DNA of 26,779 nt from a bacterium (GTDB lineage Bacteria > Zhuqueibacterota > Zhuqueibacteria > Oceanimicrobiales > Oceanimicrobiaceae). Location of the stretch: positions 1 through 26,779 of the forward strand of contig JBHHYI010000042.1 of NCBI GenBank assembly GCA_046757525.1. Direction: 5' to 3'. A program made the position numbers and the translations under genes. The notes beneath the pieces are model-generated. The model ran no database searches, had not been told where the DNA came from, and was given only the letters and a program-made list of their open reading frames with translations. Position 1 is the first letter of the stretch; each line of letters starts with the position of its first letter. Positions 7,879 to 15,934 of this stretch are shown in pieces.

Positions 7879-8487
7879 ATGCGTTACGCGGAATTAAACT
7901 ACTTTAAGGCAACTGTTCTACACTTGCTTCTCATGGGCTTACCGCTCTCTTTGTTGGCTCAGGACGAGACGCTGATCAACGGCAAAATCGAAAGTGGTGG
8001 CTATGGTGCGCTGGTTTTGAAGACCACGCAAATCAAAGACGAGATGGGTTTGATGGTCGGCGGCAGCGGCGGCTGGATCCTCAATCACAGTTTCGTCATC
8101 GGCGGGGCCGGTTATGGCCTGGTGACAAATGTGGGCTCAAATCAAATTGTATTTGGGAACGACACGTTTCTAAATATGGGTTACGGCGGACTGTGGCTCG
8201 AGTACATTCCAGAGCCCCGGAAGCTGTGGCACGTTTCGTTCAACATTTTGGTGGGCGCCGGCGGATTAAATCTTCGCAGCCGCAATTTCAGCAGGAATTT
8301 TTTTGAGTGGGACTCGTTTTTTGTGGCTGAACCCGGAGCCGTTCTCATGTTGAATATCACGCACCATTTTCGCGTTGGTCTGGGTGCAAGTTATCGCTTT
8401 GTAGACGGAGTCGACCTGGGCGATGTCAGCGACAACGATGTCAGCGGTGCCGCGGCCAACGTTTTCTTCAAGTTTGGTAAGTTTTGA
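7879..8487 (+). CDS. Outer-membrane beta-barrel protein (hypothetical)
   Basis: Signal peptide (LSLLA-QD), Gly/aromatic alternating strands, C-terminal FKFGKF ending in Phe. Confidence 0.7.
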   Translation: MRYAELNYFKATVLHLLLMGLPLSLLAQDETLINGKIESGGYGALVLKTTQIKDEMGLMVGGSGGWILNHSFVIGGAGYGLVTNVGSNQIVFGNDTFLNMGYGGLWLEYIPEPRKLWHVSFNILVGAGGLNLRSRNFSRNFFEWDSFFVAEPGAVLMLNITHHFRVGLGASYRFVDGVDLGDVSDNDVSGAAANVFFKFGKF

Positions 8488-8524
8488 GTTGCAAGGTTGC
8501 TAACCAAAATTCGCAGGAAACACC

Positions 8525-9307
8525 ATGGTAGAAAAGAAAAAAGCAGAACCTAAACCGACCAAAAGTACGCCGCCTGAACAGGAAGCTCCCCGGAGATTGT
8601 ATCGATCTCTTGAAAACCGCATGATTGCCGGAGTCTGTGGCGGCTTTGCTGAATATTTCAAAATAGATCCAACCGTGATGCGCGTACTCTGGGTTATTGC
8701 CGGTTTTCTCAACGGCTTCGGTATTTTGGCTTACATCGTCAGTTGGCTGGTCGTGTCAGACAATCCTCAGCAAGCCAAAACAGGGGCCGATTCCAGGTCT
8801 CAACCCCAAAACGCCGGGTTGATTTGGGGTGTGGTATTGATTGCGCTGGGTCTGTTCTTTCTGGCCGGCCGGTTAGATCTGATGGATAACTTTGGCTACG
8901 ATTGGGTCTGGCGACCCATGTGGTTTGGTTTCTTTCGGTTTGATGTGTGGTTGCCCATTGCTATCATAGCCATTGGGGTTGTCTATCTCCTCAGTGTTGC
9001 AAAAAAAGACAAGCAAGCCGAAGATGCAAAGGCAGGAAAAACCTCGGGAGGTGCTAAAGTGGAAAAAAAATTAACGCGCTCAGTCGACGACAAGATGATC
9101 GGAGGCGTATGTGGCGGCCTGGCAAAATACTTTAATGTGGATCCCGCCATCGTTCGTATTGCCTACGCACTGTTAACGGTGTTCAGCTCAATTTTCCCCG
9201 GCGTGATTGCTTATATCGTGATGCTCATCGTAGTTCCTGAAGAAACCTCTGCCACTCCGACCAGCACCGCTTCCAAAGCAACACCGGCAAAAGCCAAGGG
9301 CAAGTAG
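8525..9307 (+). CDS. Double PspC-domain membrane protein with a central LiaF/DUF5668-like TM segment
   Basis: Two PspC signatures: LYRSLENRMIAGVCGGFAEYFKIDPTVMR and LTRSVDDKMIGGVCGGLAKYFNVDPAIVR. The middle carries GVVLIALGLFFL...WLPIAIIAIG. Confidence 0.9.
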   Translation: MVEKKKAEPKPTKSTPPEQEAPRRLYRSLENRMIAGVCGGFAEYFKIDPTVMRVLWVIAGFLNGFGILAYIVSWLVVSDNPQQAKTGADSRSQPQNAGLIWGVVLIALGLFFLAGRLDLMDNFGYDWVWRPMWFGFFRFDVWLPIAIIAIGVVYLLSVAKKDKQAEDAKAGKTSGGAKVEKKLTRSVDDKMIGGVCGGLAKYFNVDPAIVRIAYALLTVFSSIFPGVIAYIVMLIVVPEETSATPTSTASKATPAKAKGK

Positions 9308-9334
9308 CGCGCCTGCTTTGAGGAGGGAATCGTC

Positions 9335-9850
9335 ATGGTAGAAAAAAATAGATCTTACATCCCTGGCCTGGTCCTGGTTGCTGTCGGGGTTTTGCTGCTG
9401 TTGCGTCAGTTGCATGTTCTGTATTTCGGCTGGCGCGAATTCTTCCCCATCTTGCTGCTGGTGCTCGGTGGGATGATGTTTGTGCAGGCTTTAAACAAGG
9501 AAGATAAAGGCTCGGTTTTTCCCGCGACCATTCTCCTGGTGTTGGGTTTGTTTTTTACTCTGAGGCAGTATGGCCTTTTTTCCATCGACTACTATTTTTA
9601 TTATTTCGACGATTATTGGCCGATTTTCTTGATCGCGGTGGGATCGGGATTTGTTGTTTTGTATCTGTTCAGACCGAAGGATTGGGGCGTTTTGATTCCA
9701 GGGGGGATTTTGTTGTTTTTTGGCGTCCTCTTTACGCTGCGAACGATTGGGGTCATCTACTGGCGCGATTTTGTCGATTACTGGCCAATCATCTTAATCG
9801 CCATTGGCTTGAGCATCGTGCTGAACAATTTGAAACGAAAGCCGCAGTAG
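9335..9850 (+). CDS. LiaI/LiaF-like (DUF5668-type) membrane protein
   Basis: Three repeats of G-x-x-L-x-x-x-G...(F/Y)(F/W)P-I-x-L-x-x-x-G; GAGGAGG RBS. Confidence 0.75.
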   Translation: MVEKNRSYIPGLVLVAVGVLLLLRQLHVLYFGWREFFPILLLVLGGMMFVQALNKEDKGSVFPATILLVLGLFFTLRQYGLFSIDYYFYYFDDYWPIFLIAVGSGFVVLYLFRPKDWGVLIPGGILLFFGVLFTLRTIGVIYWRDFVDYWPIILIAIGLSIVLNNLKRKPQ

Positions 9851-9877
9851 TGGTTCGGGTGGCATGCAATTCAGCTT

Positions 9878-9909
9878 AAGGCTCCTTTCAATGGAGCCTT
9901 TTTTGTTTT
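9878..9909 (+). terminator. Rho-independent terminator
   Basis: AAGGCTCC-TTTCAAT-GGAGCCTT stem-loop followed by TTTTGTTTT. Confidence 0.85.
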
Positions 9910-9989
9910 GAAGCCCCAGTTGTTTTATCGACAACAACACAACTTTTGGAAGCACAAGATGCTGGAGATTCAGAAAGCAATAAATGAGC

Positions 9990-10018
9990 TTGACTGGTAC
10001 GGCTGAGGTTGTTACATT
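9990..10018 (+). promoter_or_regulatory. Sigma70-type promoter for the ADH-aroB run
   Basis: TTGACT-N17-TACATT with a TG extension before the -10 box, 32 bp upstream of ATG10051 and after the terminator. Confidence 0.6.
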
Positions 10019-10050
10019 AAATAGAAATAAACCGCGTAAGCAAAGGCTTA

Positions 10051-11010
10051 ATGAAAGCACTGATTTTAAAAGATCAGCTTCAGTTGCGAGAGATCGCCAA
10101 CCCGCAAGCCAGGGACAACCAGGCGCTCATAAGAGTCTCGGTGGCCGGGATTTGCAATACCGACTTAGAGATCGTCAAGGGGTACATGGGCTTTCACGGT
10201 GTTCTGGGGCACGAATTTGTCGGCATCGTGCAGGAAGCCCCAACCGCTGAATGGGTGGGGGCCAGAGTTTGCGGTGAAATAAACCTGGGCTGCGGTAGCT
10301 GTGATTATTGCCTGAAAGGGCTCTCGCGCCATTGTCCCAATCGAACCGTGTTGGGAATTTTGAACCATCCTGGTGCTTTTGCCGAATACTTAACCTTGCC
10401 CCTGGTCAACCTGCACCGGATTCCGGAGACCATTCCGGACCGGACGGCCGTGTTTGTGGAACCGCTTGCCGCTGCCCTGGAAATCCTGGAGCAATTGCAC
10501 ATTCAGCCGGACTGGAGCGTGGCTGTGATCGGCGACGGTAAGTTGGGCCTGCTCATCTGCCAGGTCCTCAAACTTACCGGGTGCGATCTGGTGTTAATCG
10601 GCAAGCATGCGAGAAAATGCGCCCTGGCAGAAAAATGGGGCGTTCCGGCTCGACTTGTGGGTGATCTGACCGATGAGAAATTCGACGTGGTCGTTGAGGC
10701 CTCCGGCTCCGCTTCCGGGTTTGCCACAGCGATGCAGGTTGTCCGGCCAAGAGGAACGATCGTCTTAAAAAGCACCTACCATGGCCATTTGGAAATGGAT
10801 GCCGCGCCCATTGTGATCAATGAAATCCGGATTTTGGGGTCCAGGTGCGGGCCTTTTGACGCTGCCATTCGCGTTTTGGCCAACCAACAAGTAGAGGTGG
10901 AGAGCCTGGTCGAAGCTACCTACCCGTTTGAACAGGCGCTAAAGGCTTTTGAGCATGCGCGAGAAAAAGGCACACTCAAGATTCTCCTTAATATTGGCAA
11001 CTCACGATAA
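10051..11010 (+). CDS. Zn-dependent medium-chain alcohol dehydrogenase (MDR family)
   Basis: GICNTD, GHEFVG, structural Zn site CGSCDYC...C, and GDGKLG nucleotide-binding motif. Confidence 0.9.
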   Translation: MKALILKDQLQLREIANPQARDNQALIRVSVAGICNTDLEIVKGYMGFHGVLGHEFVGIVQEAPTAEWVGARVCGEINLGCGSCDYCLKGLSRHCPNRTVLGILNHPGAFAEYLTLPLVNLHRIPETIPDRTAVFVEPLAAALEILEQLHIQPDWSVAVIGDGKLGLLICQVLKLTGCDLVLIGKHARKCALAEKWGVPARLVGDLTDEKFDVVVEASGSASGFATAMQVVRPRGTIVLKSTYHGHLEMDAAPIVINEIRILGSRCGPFDAAIRVLANQQVEVESLVEATYPFEQALKAFEHAREKGTLKILLNIGNSR

Positions 11011-11030
11011 TGACCAACCAATAATCTGCG

Positions 11031-12119
11031 ATGATTAAGATCAAAGTCGACCTGGCAGAACGAAGCTACCCGATTTTTGTTGATGCGGGTAATCTGCGAA
11101 AACTGGGAGAAATGTACCAACTCTACGGTCTGGGTCGGAAAGCTGTGGTTGTTTCCGATGCAACGGTGGACAGCTTGTACGGCAAGGCTTTGTCTGCGGG
11201 GTTTAAAGGCCTCGGCGTGCAACTGCGCTCCATCGTACTGCCTGCGGGTGAGCACACCAAGTCCTTACGCACCATTGAAAACATAATCACGGAGATGCTC
11301 GAATACGGATGTGACCGGGATTCTGCGGTGATCGGATTCGGCGGCGGCGTCATCGGTGACATCGCCGGCTTTGCCGCCTCGATTTTTAAGCGCGGGGTGC
11401 CTTTCGTCCAGGTCCCGACGACGCTGTTGGCGCAGGTAGACGCCAGCGTGGGCGGCAAGACCGGCGTGAACCATGCCCTGGGGAAGAATTTGATCGGTAC
11501 GTTTTATCAGCCCAGGCTCGTTTGGATGGATCTGGAGATGCTAAAAACCTTACCCACACGGGAAATACTCTGTGGACTCGGCGAAATCATCAAATACGGC
11601 GTCATCTGGGACGCCACGTTGCTCACTTTGGTCGAAGAGAATTTAGACAAGATCCGGTCGCTGGACCGGGACATTGTGCAAGAAATCGTAAAAAGATGCT
11701 GTGAAATCAAAGCCGAGATTGTCTCCCAGGACGAGAAGGAAGCGGGGCTGAGGATGATCCTCAATTTTGGACACACGGTTGGCCATGCGCTGGAAGCGGC
11801 TACTGATTACAACGTGCTCAACCACGGGGAAGCCGTCCTGCTCGGTATGTTGGCCGAAAGCAAGATTGCCCTGGCGGCCGGACACCTGAGCGCGCCGGAT
11901 TTCGAACGCATCCACAACATTATCGCCAAGGTTGATCTACAAATTGACTTAGAAGGTGTAACTGTGGCCTCTGTTGTCGAATTTATTAAGACCGACAAGA
12001 AACGCCTCGCCGGGCGTCCCAGGCTTGTTCTTCCCAGGGCCGTGGGCGAGGTCTTTGTTGTAGATAATTTGGACAGGAGGACTATCAAAAAGGGGATTGC
12101 ATTCGTTTTGAGCGGCTAA
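11031..12119 (+). CDS. aroB: 3-dehydroquinate synthase
   Basis: GGGVIGD, PTTLLAQVDASVGGKTGVN, LNFGHTVGHALE and HGEAV motifs. Confidence 0.95.
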   Translation: MIKIKVDLAERSYPIFVDAGNLRKLGEMYQLYGLGRKAVVVSDATVDSLYGKALSAGFKGLGVQLRSIVLPAGEHTKSLRTIENIITEMLEYGCDRDSAVIGFGGGVIGDIAGFAASIFKRGVPFVQVPTTLLAQVDASVGGKTGVNHALGKNLIGTFYQPRLVWMDLEMLKTLPTREILCGLGEIIKYGVIWDATLLTLVEENLDKIRSLDRDIVQEIVKRCCEIKAEIVSQDEKEAGLRMILNFGHTVGHALEAATDYNVLNHGEAVLLGMLAESKIALAAGHLSAPDFERIHNIIAKVDLQIDLEGVTVASVVEFIKTDKKRLAGRPRLVLPRAVGEVFVVDNLDRRTIKKGIAFVLSG

Positions 12120-12149
12120 ATCGTCCAATCATTAGTCAGGAAATAACCC

Positions 12150-12536
12150 ATGCTGCGCAGACTGAGACCCACAAAAATTGTTTACGATGGCGCCTGCCCC
12201 ATCTGCACTGGAAGCATTAGATGGCTGCGGCGCCTCGATTGGTTTGATTGCCTGGAGTTTGTGGATTTGTTGGATTGGGAAAAGGTCAAAAAAGCGTATC
12301 CAGCTCTGGCACTGGAAAAATGCCAACGAGAGGTGCACGTTATTTCACCCAATGGCGAGATACGGTCGGGGTTTTACGGATTCAGGAAATTGAGCTCTCT
12401 CCTGCTGGTTGGCTGGTTGATTTTGCCCATTCTCTACCTGCCTGGTGTGCCAATCTTGGGGCAAAGGATGTATCGCTCCATAGCAAAGAATCGCAAAAGG
12501 TCGGGTGCACGCTGCCCAATCCATTGGGGTGCATAG
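12150..12536 (+). CDS. DCC-family (DUF393) thiol-disulfide oxidoreductase
   Basis: N-terminal YDGACPIC (DxxCxxC) motif; C-terminal YRSIAKNR. Confidence 0.88.
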   Translation: MLRRLRPTKIVYDGACPICTGSIRWLRRLDWFDCLEFVDLLDWEKVKKAYPALALEKCQREVHVISPNGEIRSGFYGFRKLSSLLLVGWLILPILYLPGVPILGQRMYRSIAKNRKRSGARCPIHWGA

Positions 12537-12575
12537 ACTTGGTATTTTTGTCAAAAAAGCTTGAACTTTGAAAAG

Positions 12576-13346
12576 ATGAGAAGCCAGCGAAAACACAAGA
12601 GCTTCAAAGCGCTCGATCAGCACAGCGCTGGGAAAAAGGAATACGTGGAAACGCGCGAGGATTATCTGGTCAAGGGGTACAACGGTCTGGAATCCGCCGT
12701 CATCATTTCCGACGAGTTTGGCAGCCTGTGGGGAAGGCCGAAAAGCCTGGAGAGGGGGAAGGTTAAATCCATTCTCAGCACACTCAATGAACGTGGCATC
12801 AGCTACGCCATAATCGGAGGCATCGCCATGGGACAGCACGCCCTGCCGAGAACGACCCATGATCTGGATATCCTGGTTGCCAAAAAAGATATTGGGACAG
12901 TTAGAAAGATTTTCAAGAAGTATTACAAGGGCGGAAGTACGATTGTACAAATCTATGACGTCGACGGTACCCGTCTGGACGTTCTGCCGGCGGATCTACG
13001 GCATCGAATCGCGGCTTTAGAGCACGCCCTTGACTCGACTTTGGAAGGGGTCCCAATAAAAGTGGTAGACGTGCGAAGTTTGCTGATCCTGAAGATACTC
13101 GCGGTTCCAGAAAGAACAGACCTGGGCAAGAAAAGAAGTGACGAAGCCGACATCACTGAATTGCTTAAATATGGCAAGGATACGCTTACAAAGAAAGATA
13201 TTGATTACGTGGCCAAAAGTGTATTAGCCATGGGTTACACCAAAAAGGATGTGCGGAAGTACCACGAAATGATCCAATGGCTCAACGAAACCCTGGAGCT
13301 TTTAGACCTGGGCAGCCTGAAATACCCATTGGAGGAGCTTCCGTGA
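12576..13346 (+). CDS. Pol-beta-superfamily nucleotidyltransferase (AbiEii/DUF6036-like)
   Basis: YAIIGGIAM...PRTTHDLDILV, later LDVL, LLILK and DEAD. Start uncertain (TTG12561 or ATG12576). Confidence 0.7.
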   Translation: MRSQRKHKSFKALDQHSAGKKEYVETREDYLVKGYNGLESAVIISDEFGSLWGRPKSLERGKVKSILSTLNERGISYAIIGGIAMGQHALPRTTHDLDILVAKKDIGTVRKIFKKYYKGGSTIVQIYDVDGTRLDVLPADLRHRIAALEHALDSTLEGVPIKVVDVRSLLILKILAVPERTDLGKKRSDEADITELLKYGKDTLTKKDIDYVAKSVLAMGYTKKDVRKYHEMIQWLNETLELLDLGSLKYPLEELP

Positions 13347-14590
13347 ACGTGCTGGTTCTGAATTGCGGTTCTTCTTCGGTAAAGTTTCAGATTATCGCCA
13401 CCGACCTGGAGCGCATCAAGAAAGATGCGGACCGACTGCTGGCGAGTGGCGTTCTTGAACGCATTGGCAGTCATGCCCTGATCACATTTCAGGCCGAGGG
13501 GCACCCAAAGGTTAAACAGGATGCGCCCCTGCGAGATCACCGCGCCGCCATCGATAAGGTGCTGCACTGGAGCATTTCGCCTGAATCCAGAATCAAGCAC
13601 ATCAACTCGATCGCCGACATTCATGCGGTGGGGCACCGCGTGGTGCACGGTGGGGAGAAGTTCAAGATGTCAGTGAGAATCGACAGGGAGGTCATCGCTG
13701 GCATTGAAGATTGCATCGAGTTGGCGCCGCTGCACAATCCCTCCAACATCAAAGGAATACGCGCCACCACGGAGCTGCTCGGCGAAGGCGTGCCCCAGGT
13801 CGCCGTCTTCGACACGGCCTTCCATTCGACCATGCCGGAAACTTCTTATCTTTACGGCATTCCCTACCAACTCTACCGCAGGTACAAAATACGGCGCTAT
13901 GGCTTTCACGGGACTTCGCACCGCTACATCGGTTTTCGCTACCGACAAATGCACAATCTCAAGCCCGAAGAGGTGAACATCATCTCGCTGCATCTGGGCA
14001 ACGGCTGTTCGGCTTGTGCCCTGAAGGACGGCAGCTCGTTCGAGACCTCCATGGGTTTCACCCCCCTGGAAGGTCTGCTCATGGGTACGCGTTCCGGGGA
14101 CATCGACGCCTCGATCCTCGAATACTTGTACCACAAGGAAGGCCTATCCCTGTCTGAAATAGACATGCTCTTGAACAAACAGTCCGGTCTGTTGGGGCTG
14201 TCGGGATTGACCGGAGACATGAGGGAGCTGCTGGAAGAAGAAGCGGAAAACCAGGATCGGCGAGCCATGCTGGCCATTGAGATTTTTTGTCACCGGGTTA
14301 GAAAATATATCGGTGCCTATTTTGTGGAGATGGGTGGTGCCGAGGCCATCGTGTTCACCGGCGGGATTGGCGAAAACTCACCGACTATCCGCGAACGCAT
14401 CTGTCGGAACCTTCAATGTCTCGGGCTTGACCTGGACAGCCGCACGAACAAAAGCCTCAGCGGCGGGAAGAGTGGTGAGATCACAAAAAAAGGCAGCCAA
14501 CTCAAGGCTTTCGTCATACCAACCAACGAGGAGCTGCTCATCGCCCGGGACACGGTGCGCGTGGTCGAAAACGCCCCCCGGCGGTGGTGA
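13343..14590 (+). CDS. ackA: Acetate kinase
   Basis: VLVLNCGSSSVK, GHRVVHGG, APLHN, VFDTAFH, RRYGFHGTSH, TSMGFTPLEGL, FTGGIGEN and PTNEEL motifs. GGAGGAG RBS before GTG13343 (GTGA overlap with the upstream stop). Confidence 0.96.
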   Translation: MNVLVLNCGSSSVKFQIIATDLERIKKDADRLLASGVLERIGSHALITFQAEGHPKVKQDAPLRDHRAAIDKVLHWSISPESRIKHINSIADIHAVGHRVVHGGEKFKMSVRIDREVIAGIEDCIELAPLHNPSNIKGIRATTELLGEGVPQVAVFDTAFHSTMPETSYLYGIPYQLYRRYKIRRYGFHGTSHRYIGFRYRQMHNLKPEEVNIISLHLGNGCSACALKDGSSFETSMGFTPLEGLLMGTRSGDIDASILEYLYHKEGLSLSEIDMLLNKQSGLLGLSGLTGDMRELLEEEAENQDRRAMLAIEIFCHRVRKYIGAYFVEMGGAEAIVFTGGIGENSPTIRERICRNLQCLGLDLDSRTNKSLSGGKSGEITKKGSQLKAFVIPTNEELLIARDTVRVVENAPRRW

Positions 14591-15526
14591 TCAGTAATCT
14601 AACGTATTTCGGGAACGGTCATTCAACGACCAGTTCTGATCGATCACTGTGAAGTTCTTTGAAGATTCCGCAATTTGACCACTGTCCTCGTCTTTAACGC
14701 GCACTGTGAGCGTATAAAGGCCTCCCGTAAAATAGCTGATGGGGATTTTTAAGCTGTGCGCCGAGGTCGCTCCCGGCTTCTTAACGTGGCGTTGGAATTG
14801 TGCAATCTTTTTCCCTTCGCTGTCTTGAAATATGAAGGATGAGGTATAGGTGGAGCTTTGGTCGTCACTTGTGAACGACAGATTATAAACTTCGAAATAG
14901 ATATGAACATCTGAAAGACCTTGAGCGAAAGTTCTGACGGCGTTAGGCTCGATGTACCTGTTGTTTTTGACGTAGGGCTGATTGCTCTTCGCGGGTTCAA
15001 TTCTCTGACTGAACTGAATATCGCTCACCGCTAATTTCTGATCTTGAAAGCTGCGTGCCTGGAAGAATTCTTCCAACAAGGAGGTTTTTTCGGTTTCCAT
15101 ATCTCTTGCCAAGACCTTGACCCGATACCAGCCTGGCTCAAAGGTGAAGGCCATCAAGGCAACTCTTGACTTTTCGGTTGCCTGAGTCTGGGCGTAGGTG
15201 TCCACTTGAAAAGAATCGCGCAAGGTCTGGTTGCCAACCACATTACCATCGTCGTCATAGGCGGTGAATTCTATTTCATAACTGGCGCTAAATCCCTTAC
15301 CGGCTTTGATAAACTGCAATTCTTGATAGCTCAACTGGATGTAAAATTCCACGTAGGTCTGGCTGTCCACGCCTTGTAAATTGGTATAGTCGACAAAAAA
15401 GTTTGGACCTTCTCCGTTAGACCTGAGGGGGGTTGCCATGGCAGATCTTTTTTTGGCAGCGGCAGTAGCAGCAACCAAACTGTTCAGGGAGAGTAACAGG
15501 ACGAGAAGTGCAACTCTGGATTTCAT
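14591..15526 (-). CDS. Secreted beta-rich protein resembling the N-terminal part of GWxTD-domain proteins
   Basis: AAGGAGG RBS before ATG15526; signal peptide. VEFYIQLSYQELQFIK, SDIQFS, PNAVRTF and YFEVYN segments resemble that family from memory. No GWxTD motif. Confidence 0.55.
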   Translation of the reverse strand: MKSRVALLVLLLSLNSLVAATAAAKKRSAMATPLRSNGEGPNFFVDYTNLQGVDSQTYVEFYIQLSYQELQFIKAGKGFSASYEIEFTAYDDDGNVVGNQTLRDSFQVDTYAQTQATEKSRVALMAFTFEPGWYRVKVLARDMETEKTSLLEEFFQARSFQDQKLAVSDIQFSQRIEPAKSNQPYVKNNRYIEPNAVRTFAQGLSDVHIYFEVYNLSFTSDDQSSTYTSSFIFQDSEGKKIAQFQRHVKKPGATSAHSLKIPISYFTGGLYTLTVRVKDEDSGQIAESSKNFTVIDQNWSLNDRSRNTLDY

Positions 15527-15728
15527 AATTCCTCCTTGAATAATCACAATCCAAAAATTGGGGGTTAGACTTACACTATTTATCGGATATTACTTTCAAT
15601 TATCCATATCTGCTCAAAATAATGCCGTGAAGTTTTCGCAATCAATTTTACAAGATTGCCCAAAATGAGCGTAAAATAGCTCCAGTCTCTTGCTTTTACG
15701 CTGTGCACAGACCCCTGTCAATAAACAT

Positions 15729-15757
15729 TTGATTTTTAGCGAAGAAAACCTTAGTAT
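15729..15757 (+). promoter_or_regulatory. Possible sigma70-type promoter for the symporter
   Basis: TTGATT-N17-TAGTAT in the divergent intergenic region. Confidence 0.35.
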
Positions 15758-15769
15758 TAGGACTAAGTC

Positions 15770-15862
15770 CATGCCGAGTCTTGTCGAAGCGTGCATTCCA
15801 ACCTCAGGGCAATATCCTTGCTTTTTAGAGTACAGATGCACTTATCGACCTGGCTCAAGCTG
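15770..15862. repeat. Degenerate REP-like inverted doublet
   Basis: CATGCCGAGTCTTGTCGAAGCGTGCAT (15770-15796) vs ATGCACTTATCGACCTGGCTCAAGCTG (15836-15862): imperfect inverted pair. Confidence 0.35.
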
Positions 15863-15934
15863 AATTTCTCGCTCGCAGAGTGTGTTGAGTCAACGGCACA
15901 ATCTTAGGACACTAAAACGCAAAGGAACCGGATT

